Shown here: positions 28,921-37,839 of the stretch, piece after piece
Numbering within the stretch: the first letter of the stretch is position 1
How the letters are laid out: every line of letters begins with the position of its first letter
IMG/VR virus record: IMGVR_UViG_3300018083_000446
Span: 974 to 64,973 of that record
Source of the DNA: a virus
Lineage: Duplodnaviria > Caudoviricetes
DNA: 64,000 nt
Strand: one strand, 5' to 3'
Translations under genes and position numbers: made by a program
The notes under the pieces: generated by a model
What the model saw: the letters and a program-made list of their open reading frames with translations, nothing else
What the model was told of the DNA's origin: nothing
Database searches by the model: none

Positions 28921-30642
28921 CTAATCCAAGTTCAACCGTTTGCATTCGTGGACGGCCATTGATAGGGCGACCGCCAAGTCGATCTTAGAGCCGGCGCCTT
29001 TCTTTACCAGACGCATCTTGGTGTTCGAGTCCTTGGCGATCTTCGCCGCGGCGTGGGAGATGTGTTCACGTACATCAACGTCACCGAAGTGTAGGATCGT
29101 ACGGTCACGGATGTATGTGTATAGCAAATGGTCCGCTACCATACGATCACCACCTTGGCTGAACGAGTACGCCCACACCAGGCCTTCGTTGCGGAAGCGA
29201 GTCATCATGTCGTGCAACTGGTACATGTCATACGCCAGTTGGAGGACGTTGAGCTTGGCTTGGGGGATGCACGGGCCGAGCTGGTTAACGTAGTCGTGAG
29301 ACGCGCAGGGCTGGTTGAGTGGGTGGATATGGCCTGTCAACCACTGGCGCAGCGTTGGCTCGATCGTGAGGGAGTAGTTGATCGTGCCGCCAGGAGGCGG
29401 GGTCCATAACGCGGAGCGGCGCAGTACGATCTTTTGTGGGTTAGTCGGGTGGCGCGATACGATGATAGCACCGCTACAGTCACCAGAAACTGAGGCGTCG
29501 GCCGCCACCACAACCGGAGTATCTGGAGTCAGGGTTTGAAGGGACGGGTCAAGCTCGTCCGGAGTCGCCCTGCAATGGTCCCACCATTCCGTTGGCAAAA
29601 AGGAGGAGACACTGGATACCCAGTTATTGTTGTGGAGACGGTCGAACGCTTCAGGGCGCAGCGTCGTAGCTTGGCTCTGGTAGTAGGAGGGTACTTGCCA
29701 GGGCATTCTACGTGCTGCTTCGCCCGTATCCCAATACGTGAACAATCGCGCTCGCGGGTTCACGTACAGCGGGAGGGCGTCGGTCTCTGGTCCTGGCCAG
29801 TCTGGTACGTCGTCTCGAGTAAGCTGGCGAGCGCCTCGCTCTGGCAGGGTACCGAGTTCGAACTGCTCGATAAGTAGAAGGCTTTCACCTTCAAATCCTG
29901 CATAAGTCTCAACCCACCTAATGGACTTAGGCCGCGTGGGAACGGGAGTTAGTTCGTCCCACAGACGTTGAGACCCCTCGAGAGTGTAGCCCCAAAGCTC
30001 AGACCAGAATGTGGCCGTGGGGTTCATACCAGCCTGGCCCTTGTAGTCACCGGAGAGAGGGCGTATGACTGAGCCGGATGGAACGTGCGTAGCGTCACGA
30101 CGTATGATATCCCAGTACCCTGGGATTTCTTCTTTGTGTCGATCGTAACGCGGATCGAGCTCTAGGGACTTGAGAACTTTATCGTACAACAAACCTCGAG
30201 ACTGGTCGAGGTCGTTAGCCACCATGTAGATTTCGTTAGCACCACCCCAACGCTCAGCCACCCAACGGGCGATCATCGAGGCGATCGTAGTCTTGCCAGA
30301 CTTCTTCACGGTGGAGTAGATAAAGTTCTGGAACCCGTCCTCGACGCCCATACGGGCTGCGAAGTCGGGGGCGAATGCGCAGCGCAGAATTACGCGTTGG
30401 ACGGGTTCCAGCTTGATAGGGCGACCAGTCTCTGGAACGAAGAAACTGGTGTGTGCAAAGTCGAACAGGTCTTCCGGGCTGAACCGCGGGTGTGTACGGC
30501 CTCTAGGGGCGTCTTCCAAGCTGGATTGGGGGAGCGCACGGATCTTAGCGCCTAGGTGGGTAGCGAGAACTCGTGCGGCTTCCAGCTGGGCTGGGCTCAG
30601 CGCGTCCGTCGGTGGGGGCACCGAAGCCGACGCGGTTGTCAC
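28921..30642 (-). CDS. terL: Terminase large subunit
   Basis: LEPVQR, VKKSGKTT Walker A, TFWSELWG variant Walker B, VVAADASVSGD nuclease motif, KIDLAVALSMA. Confidence 0.93.
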   Translation of the reverse strand: MTTASASVPPPTDALSPAQLEAARVLATHLGAKIRALPQSSLEDAPRGRTHPRFSPEDLFDFAHTSFFVPETGRPIKLEPVQRVILRCAFAPDFAARMGVEDGFQNFIYSTVKKSGKTTIASMIARWVAERWGGANEIYMVANDLDQSRGLLYDKVLKSLELDPRYDRHKEEIPGYWDIIRRDATHVPSGSVIRPLSGDYKGQAGMNPTATFWSELWGYTLEGSQRLWDELTPVPTRPKSIRWVETYAGFEGESLLLIEQFELGTLPERGARQLTRDDVPDWPGPETDALPLYVNPRARLFTYWDTGEAARRMPWQVPSYYQSQATTLRPEAFDRLHNNNWVSSVSSFLPTEWWDHCRATPDELDPSLQTLTPDTPVVVAADASVSGDCSGAIIVSRHPTNPQKIVLRRSALWTPPPGGTINYSLTIEPTLRQWLTGHIHPLNQPCASHDYVNQLGPCIPQAKLNVLQLAYDMYQLHDMMTRFRNEGLVWAYSFSQGGDRMVADHLLYTYIRDRTILHFGDVDVREHISHAAAKIAKDSNTKMRLVKKGAGSKIDLAVALSMAVHECKRLNLD

Positions 30643-31184
30643 GCCGCGTCAACCTCGGTTTCTTCCGGGGAGGTTAGGGATTCATAACCACCCGAAAGTC
30701 TGGCGAGCGCATCGCCGTCTTCGCCGTCGGGGGCGAAGCCGGGGGCGTCGGGCTCTGAAATGAGCGTCACGAGCGCACGGCGCGCCGTAGGCGGTAGTGT
30801 GTTGAGCAACCGCTGAAGGGCATCCGCGGGATCGTTCTGGCGTGCATTGGGGGTTGTTAGGGTGGACATGTGCTTGAGGATGTCCCCGAACAGCCGACCG
30901 AACTCAGCCGGTTCCATGTCATGCATAACGTTGGGCAGATAGAGCATGACCTGGTTGAGCGCGTCGAACGTTTTGAGCGTCGTAAGCGTACGGAGTTGGC
31001 CGTTGAGGTTCTCTTGGGCCATCGGGTCCTGCGCGATAGACGCCATGAGGTACGCTGTTGCGTTGGGCGTCGTGGGGCCGAAGAGCCTCTCGGCCGCGAG
31101 CGCCACGTTACCACCTGCGACCACCAAGGCCTCAACGCAGATTTCAGCTGGCAGTAGTGTTTGCTGGGATTCGTGGGGGTACAT
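30639..31184 (-). CDS. Putative terminase small subunit
   Basis: Helical 181 aa immediately upstream of terL; EALVVAGGNVALAAERL HTH-like start. Confidence 0.5.
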   Translation of the reverse strand: MYPHESQQTLLPAEICVEALVVAGGNVALAAERLFGPTTPNATAYLMASIAQDPMAQENLNGQLRTLTTLKTFDALNQVMLYLPNVMHDMEPAEFGRLFGDILKHMSTLTTPNARQNDPADALQRLLNTLPPTARRALVTLISEPDAPGFAPDGEDGDALARLSGGYESLTSPEETEVDAA

Positions 31185-31329
31185 AGTATTGGCGGAAGCA
31201 CACGACGCACAACACGCCTTTAGGAGTGTAGAAGCGCGTGGTCGGGGTCGGGACGGTGAACGAGCGTATGCACAGCCGACAGTGAAGAGGTGGCAGGGTC
31301 GCGGTCTTACCGGAGGCTGCGTGTGGCAT
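31144..31329 (-). CDS. Small Cys4 zinc-finger protein, first gene of the late arm
   Basis: CRLC...CVVC; ATG 7 nt after a -10 box (leaderless). Confidence 0.45.
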   Translation of the reverse strand: MPHAASGKTATLPPLHCRLCIRSFTVPTPTTRFYTPKGVLCVVCFRQYYVPPRIPANTTAS

Positions 31330-31336
31330 TTGAGTC

Positions 31337-31365
31337 ATTATAGCACATCGACGGGGGGGAGTCGA
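31337..31365 (-). promoter_or_regulatory. Promoter TCGACT-N17-TATAAT (extended -10) driving the late arm
   Basis: -35 at 31365-31360, -10 at 31342-31337. Confidence 0.65.
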
Positions 31366-31476
31366 GTAGTCGCGTCTAGTTACTACTCGGGTAACTACTG
31401 GTCAACAGGACTCCCCCCGGCTGCTGGTGGGGTAACGCTCATGGGTGCGCGCAGGCGCACATGTTCGTATGGGGGG

Positions 31477-31537
31477 GCACATACTACCGGTTGTGTGTGG
31501 GGGGCACGTGGGCACGTCGCACATACTACCGGTTGTG
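31477..31537. repeat. 19-bp direct repeat GCACATACTACCGGTTGTG x2
   Basis: Copies at 31477-31495 and 31519-31537, at the transcription divergence point. Confidence 0.9.
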
Positions 31538-31574
31538 GTCTGGACGGATGGGTGCCGACGTGCGACTATTTGGG

Positions 31575-32019
31575 CATGCCGAACCCCCCCACCCCACCCA
31601 CCACCCCCCACGCCAACGTCGCGTCGGGCGTGGACGTGGGCGCGTACGATGCGCGTCTGGCGCACGAGATCGCCCAACGCGATCTCGCGTACGCCACACG
31701 CCAACGCGAACGGGACGCACGCGAACGTGCGTACTTGGACGCGCTCTCGTGGGCGCCCGTCACAACCGCGCTGCGTGAACGCAGGAACGTCCCGCTCGCC
31801 TCCCAACGCGCCTTCATGCCCACGCCACCTCGCCCACACCGGGACTGGGCTGACGCGCCCTGCCCCACGCACGGGCCAGGCTGCAAACGCTGCGCACGCC
31901 CCGCACGCGGGGCACCCATGCCCTCCGCCTGGGAGGCCAACGCGCCCCACGCTCGCACGCACATGGCGCCTGACCCGTCCTGCCATCACCCCCTGGTGAA
32001 GTGCTCGCACAAGTGGTAG
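31575..32019 (+). CDS. Hypothetical early protein
   Basis: MPNPPTPP... portion of the 357-aa ORF; helical segment plus Cys/His motifs; start coordinate approximate. Confidence 0.4.
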
Positions 32020-32107
32020 CCTAGCGCCCTCACGTGGGGGCGCCTCCCCCTAGGAGGCACCCCCAGGTGCGTGCCCTAGCACGCAAGGACACATAGGAGG
32101 TCGCACC

Positions 32108-32311
32108 ATGCGACGTACCCTCATAGCGCTCGCCTTCGCCGCCACCGCCGCGGCCTCGCCCGCGCACGCCGCTCCCCAGCCAGTCTCGCCCGACGTAGCT
32201 TGGGTGGACCCCGAGGACGGCTGCGAGTGCGTCTACGTCCGCACGCCTGCGGGCGACGTGATCACGATCCACCTCGAGGAAGGGGACTGGGACGACGCTC
32301 CCGGCTCCTAG
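32108..32311 (+). CDS. Small secreted protein
   Basis: AGGAGGT RBS; signal peptide MRRTLIALAFAATAAASPAHA. Confidence 0.65.
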   Translation: MRRTLIALAFAATAAASPAHAAPQPVSPDVAWVDPEDGCECVYVRTPAGDVITIHLEEGDWDDAPGS

Positions 32312-32495
32312 CCTCGCTCGCGCCCCCGGAGGGGCGCCATGCCCTGGGCTCACCACTGGCCTGATGGGTCTCCGCACCAGCCGTATCCTCACCACGCCCC
32401 AAACCCGGGGCCACTCCCCACGAGGCCGGCAAGGTGGCTGCACCCCGACGCACGTGAGCCCAGGACATGGCGCTACCTGCGCCTTAGGAGAGCAC

Positions 32496-32657
32496 ATGCA
32501 CGAGCACCATTCGCCCGCCACGGTCGAGACCGTGGACGTAGTGGGCTGGTTCCCGCGTGCCGAATGGCGCGTTGGCCTGGCCGACGGCTGCCTGGTATGG
32601 CTGCCCATCACCGACCCGCGGCCCTTAGTGGGTGAGGTCTACGACCCCACCGCGTGA
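32496..32657 (+). CDS. Hypothetical early protein
   Basis: AGGAG RBS before MHEHHSPATV. Confidence 0.5.
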   Translation: MHEHHSPATVETVDVVGWFPRAEWRVGLADGCLVWLPITDPRPLVGEVYDPTA

Positions 32658-32688
32658 CACACGCCTGATGGGCGCGGAGCCGTGCACC

Positions 32689-32717
32689 TTGCATGGCGAG
32701 TCTGCCCTTGCTACACT
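32689..32717 (+). promoter_or_regulatory. Promoter TTGCAT-N17-TACACT (extended -10)
   Basis: Directly upstream of the AT-rich inverted-repeat island. Confidence 0.55.
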
Positions 32718-32720
32718 AGA

Positions 32721-32820
32721 CTCATACAATCCCACACTTTTCAAAAATTGAGATGAGTAATGTAACAATATAGTAACAAGTATAGTATATGGAAAGTGTT
32801 AGAAACTAGGATTGTATGAG
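32721..32820. other. AT-rich island flanked by 12-bp perfect inverted repeats
   Basis: CTCATACAATCC 32721-32732 / GGATTGTATGAG 32809-32820. Confidence 0.8.
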
Positions 32821-32977
32821 GTTACCCCTCATGTGGAGACCGTATGCCAGCCATGAACCGCGCCACACGTAGGGCCCTTCGCTACCGGCCCACCACCGTA
32901 CCCCGCCCCATTCGAGAGGCGGCCGACGCCGACCCACCCACTCCCCACCCCCACACGCCACGAAAGGCCCCGCCCAA

Positions 32978-33274
32978 ATGATCGACACCTTCCGCGCCGC
33001 GCTCACCGCCACGCCCACGCTCGAGGCCACGTTCCGCGAGGGCGATTCCGAGCTCAACGCACAGGTGATCGCCACCTTCCCCAACGGGTATGGTGCCTCG
33101 ATCGTACGAGGCCCGTATACCTACGGTGGTAACGAAGGCCTGTTCGAGCTCGCCGTGCTAGACCGCCACGGGCACCTCACCTACGATACACCCATCACGT
33201 CCGACGTAGAAGGCTGGCTCACAGTCGAGGACGTCTTCAACCTCCTACTACGCATCCAAGCCCTACCCTCATAG
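32978..33274 (+). CDS. Conserved phage hypothetical protein
   Basis: FPNGYGASIV..YGG..GLFELAVL..LTYDTPITSDVEGWLT, a family I recognise from many phages. Confidence 0.8.
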   Translation: MIDTFRAALTATPTLEATFREGDSELNAQVIATFPNGYGASIVRGPYTYGGNEGLFELAVLDRHGHLTYDTPITSDVEGWLTVEDVFNLLLRIQALPS

Positions 33275-33369
33275 GCAGGCCGTGGAGGCCGTGACGGACC
33301 ACCCACCCGTCAGGCCTCCAATGCCATGCGTGAGCGCTGGCGCATCACAAATAGGGAGGTCACTCTACC

Positions 33370-33831
33370 GTGACTACCTCAACCACGCCCACCCCCGCGA
33401 CCGAAGCGGATGAGGCCTCACCCGAGCGTCTGCCTTATGTGGTGATCCGCATGTCGGAAGCCATGAAGGCTGCTCTCGCTGCCTATTGCACCGAACACGG
33501 TGCGGTAGCTACGAAGCTCGCGCGGGAACTCCTCGCCGCCCACATTGGGTGGGACCTCACTAAGGACCCGGATGCACCGGGTGGTGCAACGCGGACCAAG
33601 TACACCTCTGATGAGGCACGTGAGGAAGGCAAGCTCCGGAACAAGCTACACAATGGCCTGCTCCGCAAGGGTTTGTACCAGATGCACATGTCCCAACAGA
33701 AGAACCGCCCAGAGCTGGGCGCCGTAGCTATGGCCACGGTCTCAGCCCTATCGGCCACGCCGAAGCCCGGCGTCGAAGCCCTCAAGGCGCTCGACGCCAC
33801 CCTAACGGCTGCTATGGAGGCAGGAAAGTAA
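33370..33831 (+). CDS. Ribbon-helix-helix DNA-binding protein
   Basis: YVVIRMSEAMKAALAAYC..ATKLARELL; GGGAGGT RBS. Confidence 0.65.
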   Translation: MTTSTTPTPATEADEASPERLPYVVIRMSEAMKAALAAYCTEHGAVATKLARELLAAHIGWDLTKDPDAPGGATRTKYTSDEAREEGKLRNKLHNGLLRKGLYQMHMSQQKNRPELGAVAMATVSALSATPKPGVEALKALDATLTAAMEAGK

Positions 33832-33947
33832 TCGCACCACACCCCATCGTATCCGCGCTGTCACTGCAGCCCTACGGGGCGCAACAGCTTGTACGGCCAC
33901 CCGCCACGGGCGGGGCTAACCACCCCGCCCCGCTACCCGTTAGGGTT

Positions 33948-33969
33948 AGCTTTTCCAAATGGAAAAGGT
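33948..33969. repeat. 22-bp palindromic motif copy 4 (AGCTTTTCCAAATGGAAAAGGT)
   Basis: Exact motif just upstream of the 33980 ATG. Confidence 0.95.
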
Positions 33970-33979
33970 CGCACCCCGT

Positions 33980-34294
33980 ATGCAACCCAAACGCCTCAAG
34001 CCAGGCCATATCGTCCAGGTCAGCACGCTCCCCACATGTGACTACTGCCTCATGTCGGGGTATCGACCACCACGTTCCGCTAGGTACGACTTCCGCAGCC
34101 GTGATGGCCGTTGGGCTAACGGGTGCGTGGAGCACTATCGCCTCATGCGTATGGTGCCTCGCCTAGGCGTAGGCGCAGGCCAGATGCTCGTTACCCCCGA
34201 TGAGACCATCACCGACCCTTCGTCACCGTCCACCGGGTGTATCCCAGCCCTCACCATCGGTGCCGTACTCCTACACAAGGCCAGCCTCATGTAA
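33980..34294 (+). CDS. Conserved phage Zn-binding hypothetical protein
   Basis: LPTCDYC..ARYD....GRWANGC..H..LGVGAGQML pattern. Confidence 0.7.
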   Translation: MQPKRLKPGHIVQVSTLPTCDYCLMSGYRPPRSARYDFRSRDGRWANGCVEHYRLMRMVPRLGVGAGQMLVTPDETITDPSSPSTGCIPALTIGAVLLHKASLM

Positions 34295-34478
34295 CCCCAC
34301 CCTCACTCGACATTGCGCCCTCCCCGGGCGCACCATACCAGCTCATCACCCGAGTAGGGCGCGCCCACTCGAGGCCCGGGTGGTGGGCTGATATGGTGCG
34401 GTCGAGGTCGATCCTCGATACCCAACGCCAGCCCAGTAAGGGGTTGGGACCGTACCTACCTCACATAAGGAGGCCTGC

Positions 34479-34742
34479 ATGGCCACGTTCACAAGCGGTG
34501 TCGAGGGCACCTTCACCTTCGCTGAGTTCGAGCACCTCATGCAACAGGTCCGCAACCTCCCCAAGAACTTCGACGAGGAGGCCGTGCGCAAGGAGGCTGG
34601 CTACGAACGATACGACTACAACGCCGGTCGCCTCATCGAAGCGACTCGACGGTTCAAGGGCAAGGTCACCATCTCCGTCGAGGAACTCCCGTTCCAGGGC
34701 ATCCCGCATAAGGAACCCGACGCACCCGACCCCGATGCATAA
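34479..34742 (+). CDS. Hypothetical early protein
   Basis: TAAGGAGG RBS. Confidence 0.7.
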   Translation: MATFTSGVEGTFTFAEFEHLMQQVRNLPKNFDEEAVRKEAGYERYDYNAGRLIEATRRFKGKVTISVEELPFQGIPHKEPDAPDPDA

Positions 34743-35052
34743 CCCACCTGCAGACGAGCACATCCGCATCGACGATCCCGCTCGACTCGAGTGTGACTCA
34801 TCACACGAGATCGTGGGTGGTCCGGAGACCCATCACCCCCAGCTGTACTTCACGCATGTACGTTGGGCTAAGGACCCCGACAAGTGCTGGGACTCAGTGA
34901 TCTGCCAGCACCACCTAGCATGGGGAGCCATGTTCATGGCCGGTGAGGAGGCCCCCGCCTACTACTCGGACGTGTTCGTGGAATGGCGCATCGAGCTTAT
35001 CCCCCAGTCCTTGGTCCGACGCCGCCCCGCCTACGACCCCCCTCTCGCCTAG
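34735..35052 (+). CDS. Hypothetical protein
   Basis: ATG overlapping the previous gene end; MHNPPADEH. Confidence 0.55.
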   Translation: MHNPPADEHIRIDDPARLECDSSHEIVGGPETHHPQLYFTHVRWAKDPDKCWDSVICQHHLAWGAMFMAGEEAPAYYSDVFVEWRIELIPQSLVRRRPAYDPPLA

Positions 35053-35146
35053 CAGCCCCACCCTGCCCTCGATCCTCGACTCACCCACGCCGCCGAGTCG
35101 TACGATCGAGGGCAGGTATGGTGCAACTAGCACCAAAGGAGATCTA

Positions 35147-35407
35147 ATGCCTGTCGCAACACAGGACCAGCGCATCGCCATGCTCTATGGCGACATGAGC
35201 CCCACGCCTGGCTCTCCCCTCAGCTTGGGGAAGCCCAACGCTGACTGGTGGGCTTCCGCAGCCGCTGATGGCTACGTCCAGGCCCTGCTAGAGAAATTCG
35301 AGGCCACCCATCCGGAGGCCGCTAAGGACCTGGCGTTCATTGCCAACGAGGCCAAGTGGTCTCACGGCTGGAAGGCCTTTGGTCGCATGATCCTGGAGGT
35401 ACTCTAA
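35147..35407 (+). CDS. Hypothetical protein
   Basis: AAAGGAGA RBS; MPVATQDQ. Confidence 0.65.
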   Translation: MPVATQDQRIAMLYGDMSPTPGSPLSLGKPNADWWASAAADGYVQALLEKFEATHPEAAKDLAFIANEAKWSHGWKAFGRMILEVL

Positions 35408-35409
35408 CT

Positions 35410-35709
35410 ATGGCACGTGCCACGAAGTACGCTGAGTACGACGAGCCCGAGTTCGCACCCGTGCCCGCCCACCCTACCTACCCCTACAGCCCAGCCAGCG
35501 AGGGGCGCACTCGTTTGTTCGACATTGAGCTCAAGACCGTCATTGGCACGGTGTATGCCACCCCCGGTGGCGACATGAGCCCGAAGGCGGTTGCCTTCCT
35601 CACCATCTGCGACTACGGTAAGGATGGTGAGTTCACCTTCCCCAACGAGGACGGTTCCATCCTCCACGTTGGCATCTACACTGAGGAGGTACCGGGTAAG
35701 ACCCTGTAA
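35410..35709 (+). CDS. Hypothetical protein
   Basis: GGAGGT RBS; MARATKYA. Confidence 0.65.
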   Translation: MARATKYAEYDEPEFAPVPAHPTYPYSPASEGRTRLFDIELKTVIGTVYATPGGDMSPKAVAFLTICDYGKDGEFTFPNEDGSILHVGIYTEEVPGKTL

Positions 35710-35716
35710 CCAGACC

Positions 35717-35923
35717 GTGGACAATGACACCATCACCGCCTCGCTCCAGGAGCTTGAGGCCATTGAACGCAACAGCAATGCCGAGCACCGGCCGCTGTTC
35801 GATCACCGCGAGGCCGTACGCATAGTACATATGCGTATGGCCATCCGCGTTGGCCACGTCTATGATGAAGGCGTCCCCATCCTATACGGAGGACAAGCAC
35901 AATGGCAGGCCATAGCCCAGTAA
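35717..35923 (+). CDS. Hypothetical protein
   Basis: Fills the operon gap; GTG start. Confidence 0.45.
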   Translation: MDNDTITASLQELEAIERNSNAEHRPLFDHREAVRIVHMRMAIRVGHVYDEGVPILYGGQAQWQAIAQ

Positions 35924-36099
35924 TACGTTACGCGGAATGCCCATCCTGCCTTCGGCCCTACAGGAAGGGTGACCTCCTAACTCACGCCATCGACTCGGGC
36001 CACCTTGAGCTCACGCGCCACCTCAACCGGCACCTCGACCCCCAACCGAGCTGCCATTGGTGCGCGATGGAGCCTCTAGAAGAAGAGGACACACCATGA
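35902..36099 (+). CDS. Small Cys/His zinc-finger protein
   Basis: CPSC..H..H; CHWC; GGAGG RBS. Confidence 0.55.
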   Translation: MAGHSPVIRYAECPSCLRPYRKGDLLTHAIDSGHLELTRHLNRHLDPQPSCHWCAMEPLEEEDTP

Positions 36100-36272
36100 C
36101 CTTCCCACCCCAGCCCACTCGCATATGGGTCCAACCCGGTACCAGCCCTAGAATCAGCGGCCAGCTAGTGCAATACCAATGCACGCTGTGCGGCCAATGG
36201 CTTGGGTTCCGTACCTTCCCATCCCGCTTCAGCCCCAACTGGGTTGGGACCTGCTGCCTGTCCAATGGGTAA
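36096..36272 (+). CDS. Small Cys-containing protein
   Basis: GAGGA RBS, ATGA overlap; CTLC. Confidence 0.45.
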   Translation: MTFPPQPTRIWVQPGTSPRISGQLVQYQCTLCGQWLGFRTFPSRFSPNWVGTCCLSNG

Positions 36273-36417
36273 AAAGCCCCACACCGGCCCATCGAACTAT
36301 TGCATGGCTTGCTCCAAACCGTACCACCCTGGTAACTGGAAATGGAGCGTATGGCTGTGCAACCCGTGCGTGAAGAAGGGAGTCACCCCCGATGATATCG
36401 AGGCGTTACGTAGTTGA
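36265..36417 (+). CDS. Small Cys4 protein
   Basis: CMAC...CNPC. Confidence 0.45.
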   Translation: MGKKPHTGPSNYCMACSKPYHPGNWKWSVWLCNPCVKKGVTPDDIEALRS

Positions 36418-36661
36418 GTCGGAAGGCAACTGGGCCTGCCGCATCCGGGATACCGACCAAGGTATCCACTACGTGGCTCGCATGCTGCCCCCACACATGG
36501 CACACGCCGCTGCTTGGGTATGGAACCACCAAGAAGCCGGACGCATCCTAGTGTCCGTGGCCTCAAGGTTCCACATCCTGGCTCCAGTCTCTGGCTACGC
36601 CGTAGAGGCTGAGCCGTTGTTCTATGGTGGTGACTACCCACCAGGGATACCACGCCCGTGA
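36392..36661 (+). CDS. Hypothetical protein
   Basis: GGGAG RBS; overlaps the next gene (GTGA). Confidence 0.5.
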   Translation: MISRRYVVESEGNWACRIRDTDQGIHYVARMLPPHMAHAAAWVWNHQEAGRILVSVASRFHILAPVSGYAVEAEPLFYGGDYPPGIPRP

Positions 36662-37008
36662 CTAACCCCAGCCCTTACACCATCACTAACCAGATGGTGA
36701 CCGACATACTCGTAGCTGCCTTTGAAGGTGGCATCAACTACTGGTGCACGCGAGTGGACGTAGTCGTGTGGCCTCCCGAGTGTGAGTTCGCATCCGACGT
36801 ACCCACCCATGGTGGTACCGTCTACCTCATTGTGGAAGGCGACGAAACGGATCGACGCGCCCTCGACCTCCGCTCTATCAAGCGAGGCATCCGACGGGCC
36901 GCTGCCCACTTCAAGCACACACCCTTGTCCTTCTATGAGAACCATGACGCCTCATCCGCTGACTGTGCAGTGCAGTTCGCCTTGTTCAACGAGCTGGTGT
37001 ACGGATGA
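36658..37008 (+). CDS. Conserved phage hypothetical protein
   Basis: DILVAAFEGGINYW...DASSADCAVQFALFNELVYG family pattern. Confidence 0.8.
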   Translation: MTNPSPYTITNQMVTDILVAAFEGGINYWCTRVDVVVWPPECEFASDVPTHGGTVYLIVEGDETDRRALDLRSIKRGIRRAAAHFKHTPLSFYENHDASSADCAVQFALFNELVYG

Positions 37009-37139
37009 ACTACAAGTGCAGATGCGGGGGCCACATGCAGCCCCATTCAGACAACCCCATCTACTTCCGTCGTAGGTGCGACCGTTGTGGGCGCATCAAC
37101 AAACAGCACAAACGAAAACCCGCCTCGAAGAAGGCTTGA
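37005..37139 (+). CDS. Small zinc-ribbon protein (44 aa)
   Basis: Read manually: MNYKCRCGG...CDRCG; ATGA overlap. Confidence 0.5.
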   Translation: MNYKCRCGGHMQPHSDNPIYFRRRCDRCGRINKQHKRKPASKKA

Positions 37140-37164
37140 CACGACCCCCAAAAGGTGGTAGAGT
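37136..37164 (+). promoter_or_regulatory. Promoter TTGACA-N17-TAGAGT (extended -10); leaderless start at 37171
   Basis: ATG 6 nt after the -10 box; no Shine-Dalgarno. Confidence 0.75.
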
Positions 37165-37170
37165 TACTAC

Positions 37171-37839
37171 ATGGGTAGATACCTGCGCCCATCAGAAGCC
37201 CTAACGTACAAGCCTGACCAGTTCCTGTACAAGCGTGGGCTCAAGCGTCCCCAACTGGTGACCATCTACCTGACTGAGGGAGCGTGGAACCGCCACATGC
37301 ACGACGCTATCCAGCTGCAGTACGTGAAAGCAAACGCTGCCAATGCTAAGGGTATCGTGCTATACTTCCAAGCCCTCACCACACCAGGCCAACGCTGGTC
37401 GGATGAGCGTCCCACCTACTTGCGTGACCTCTCCGCCATGTTGCTTGACCCACAACACGATCCACGCAGGCGTAACACCACCGATGCTGAAGGCTTGGCT
37501 ACGTACACCTTCAACGCTGGTCTCCCTACCGCTCGACTCCCCCTCAACGCTGGCCCTCACCATCCTATATGGTGGGACCCTGAGACTGACTCGCCGGGCG
37601 GGCGTATGCGACGTGTGTTCAAGCTAGACCAGTTCCCCCTAGAGTACTATGCCCAACTGGCACTCACCCACTCGATAGGTGACCCGTACCATCGTAACTT
37701 CCAACTCACTCGTACACTACTGGCCTCCAATGCGCTCGAGGCCATAGGTCGTAACACCCTACAGCCTGCCATAAAGCTTGGCAACCCGCACCCCATCACG
37801 ACTCGCTTGCGCCGTCGCCCAAAGGAGATAGAATGGTAG
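37171..37839 (+). CDS. Hypothetical basic protein
   Basis: 222 aa with its own promoter. Confidence 0.7.
   Translation: MGRYLRPSEALTYKPDQFLYKRGLKRPQLVTIYLTEGAWNRHMHDAIQLQYVKANAANAKGIVLYFQALTTPGQRWSDERPTYLRDLSAMLLDPQHDPRRRNTTDAEGLATYTFNAGLPTARLPLNAGPHHPIWWDPETDSPGGRMRRVFKLDQFPLEYYAQLALTHSIGDPYHRNFQLTRTLLASNALEAIGRNTLQPAIKLGNPHPITTRLRRRPKEIEW

Noticed and set aside
29980-30020. Terminase inactive because Walker B reads WSE
   Set aside because: The catalytic Glu and all other motifs are intact; probably a family variant.
190-31157. Numerous plus-strand ORFs over the late arm (e.g. 25487-26353, 12538-13308, 5223-5975)
   Set aside because: They are antisense shadows of well-supported minus-strand genes in GC-rich DNA, with no motifs or RBS.
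30946-31574. N-terminal part of the 357-aa plus-strand ORF
   Set aside because: It overlaps terS antisense and the promoter/repeat region; only the part from MPNPP is plausible.
33608-33630. CTGATGAG hammerhead-like core
   Set aside because: It lies within a coding region, and I found no matching GAAA core or stems.
33959-33979. Start MEKVAP of the 111-aa ORF
   Set aside because: The ATG lies inside the palindrome; 33980 is a more plausible start.
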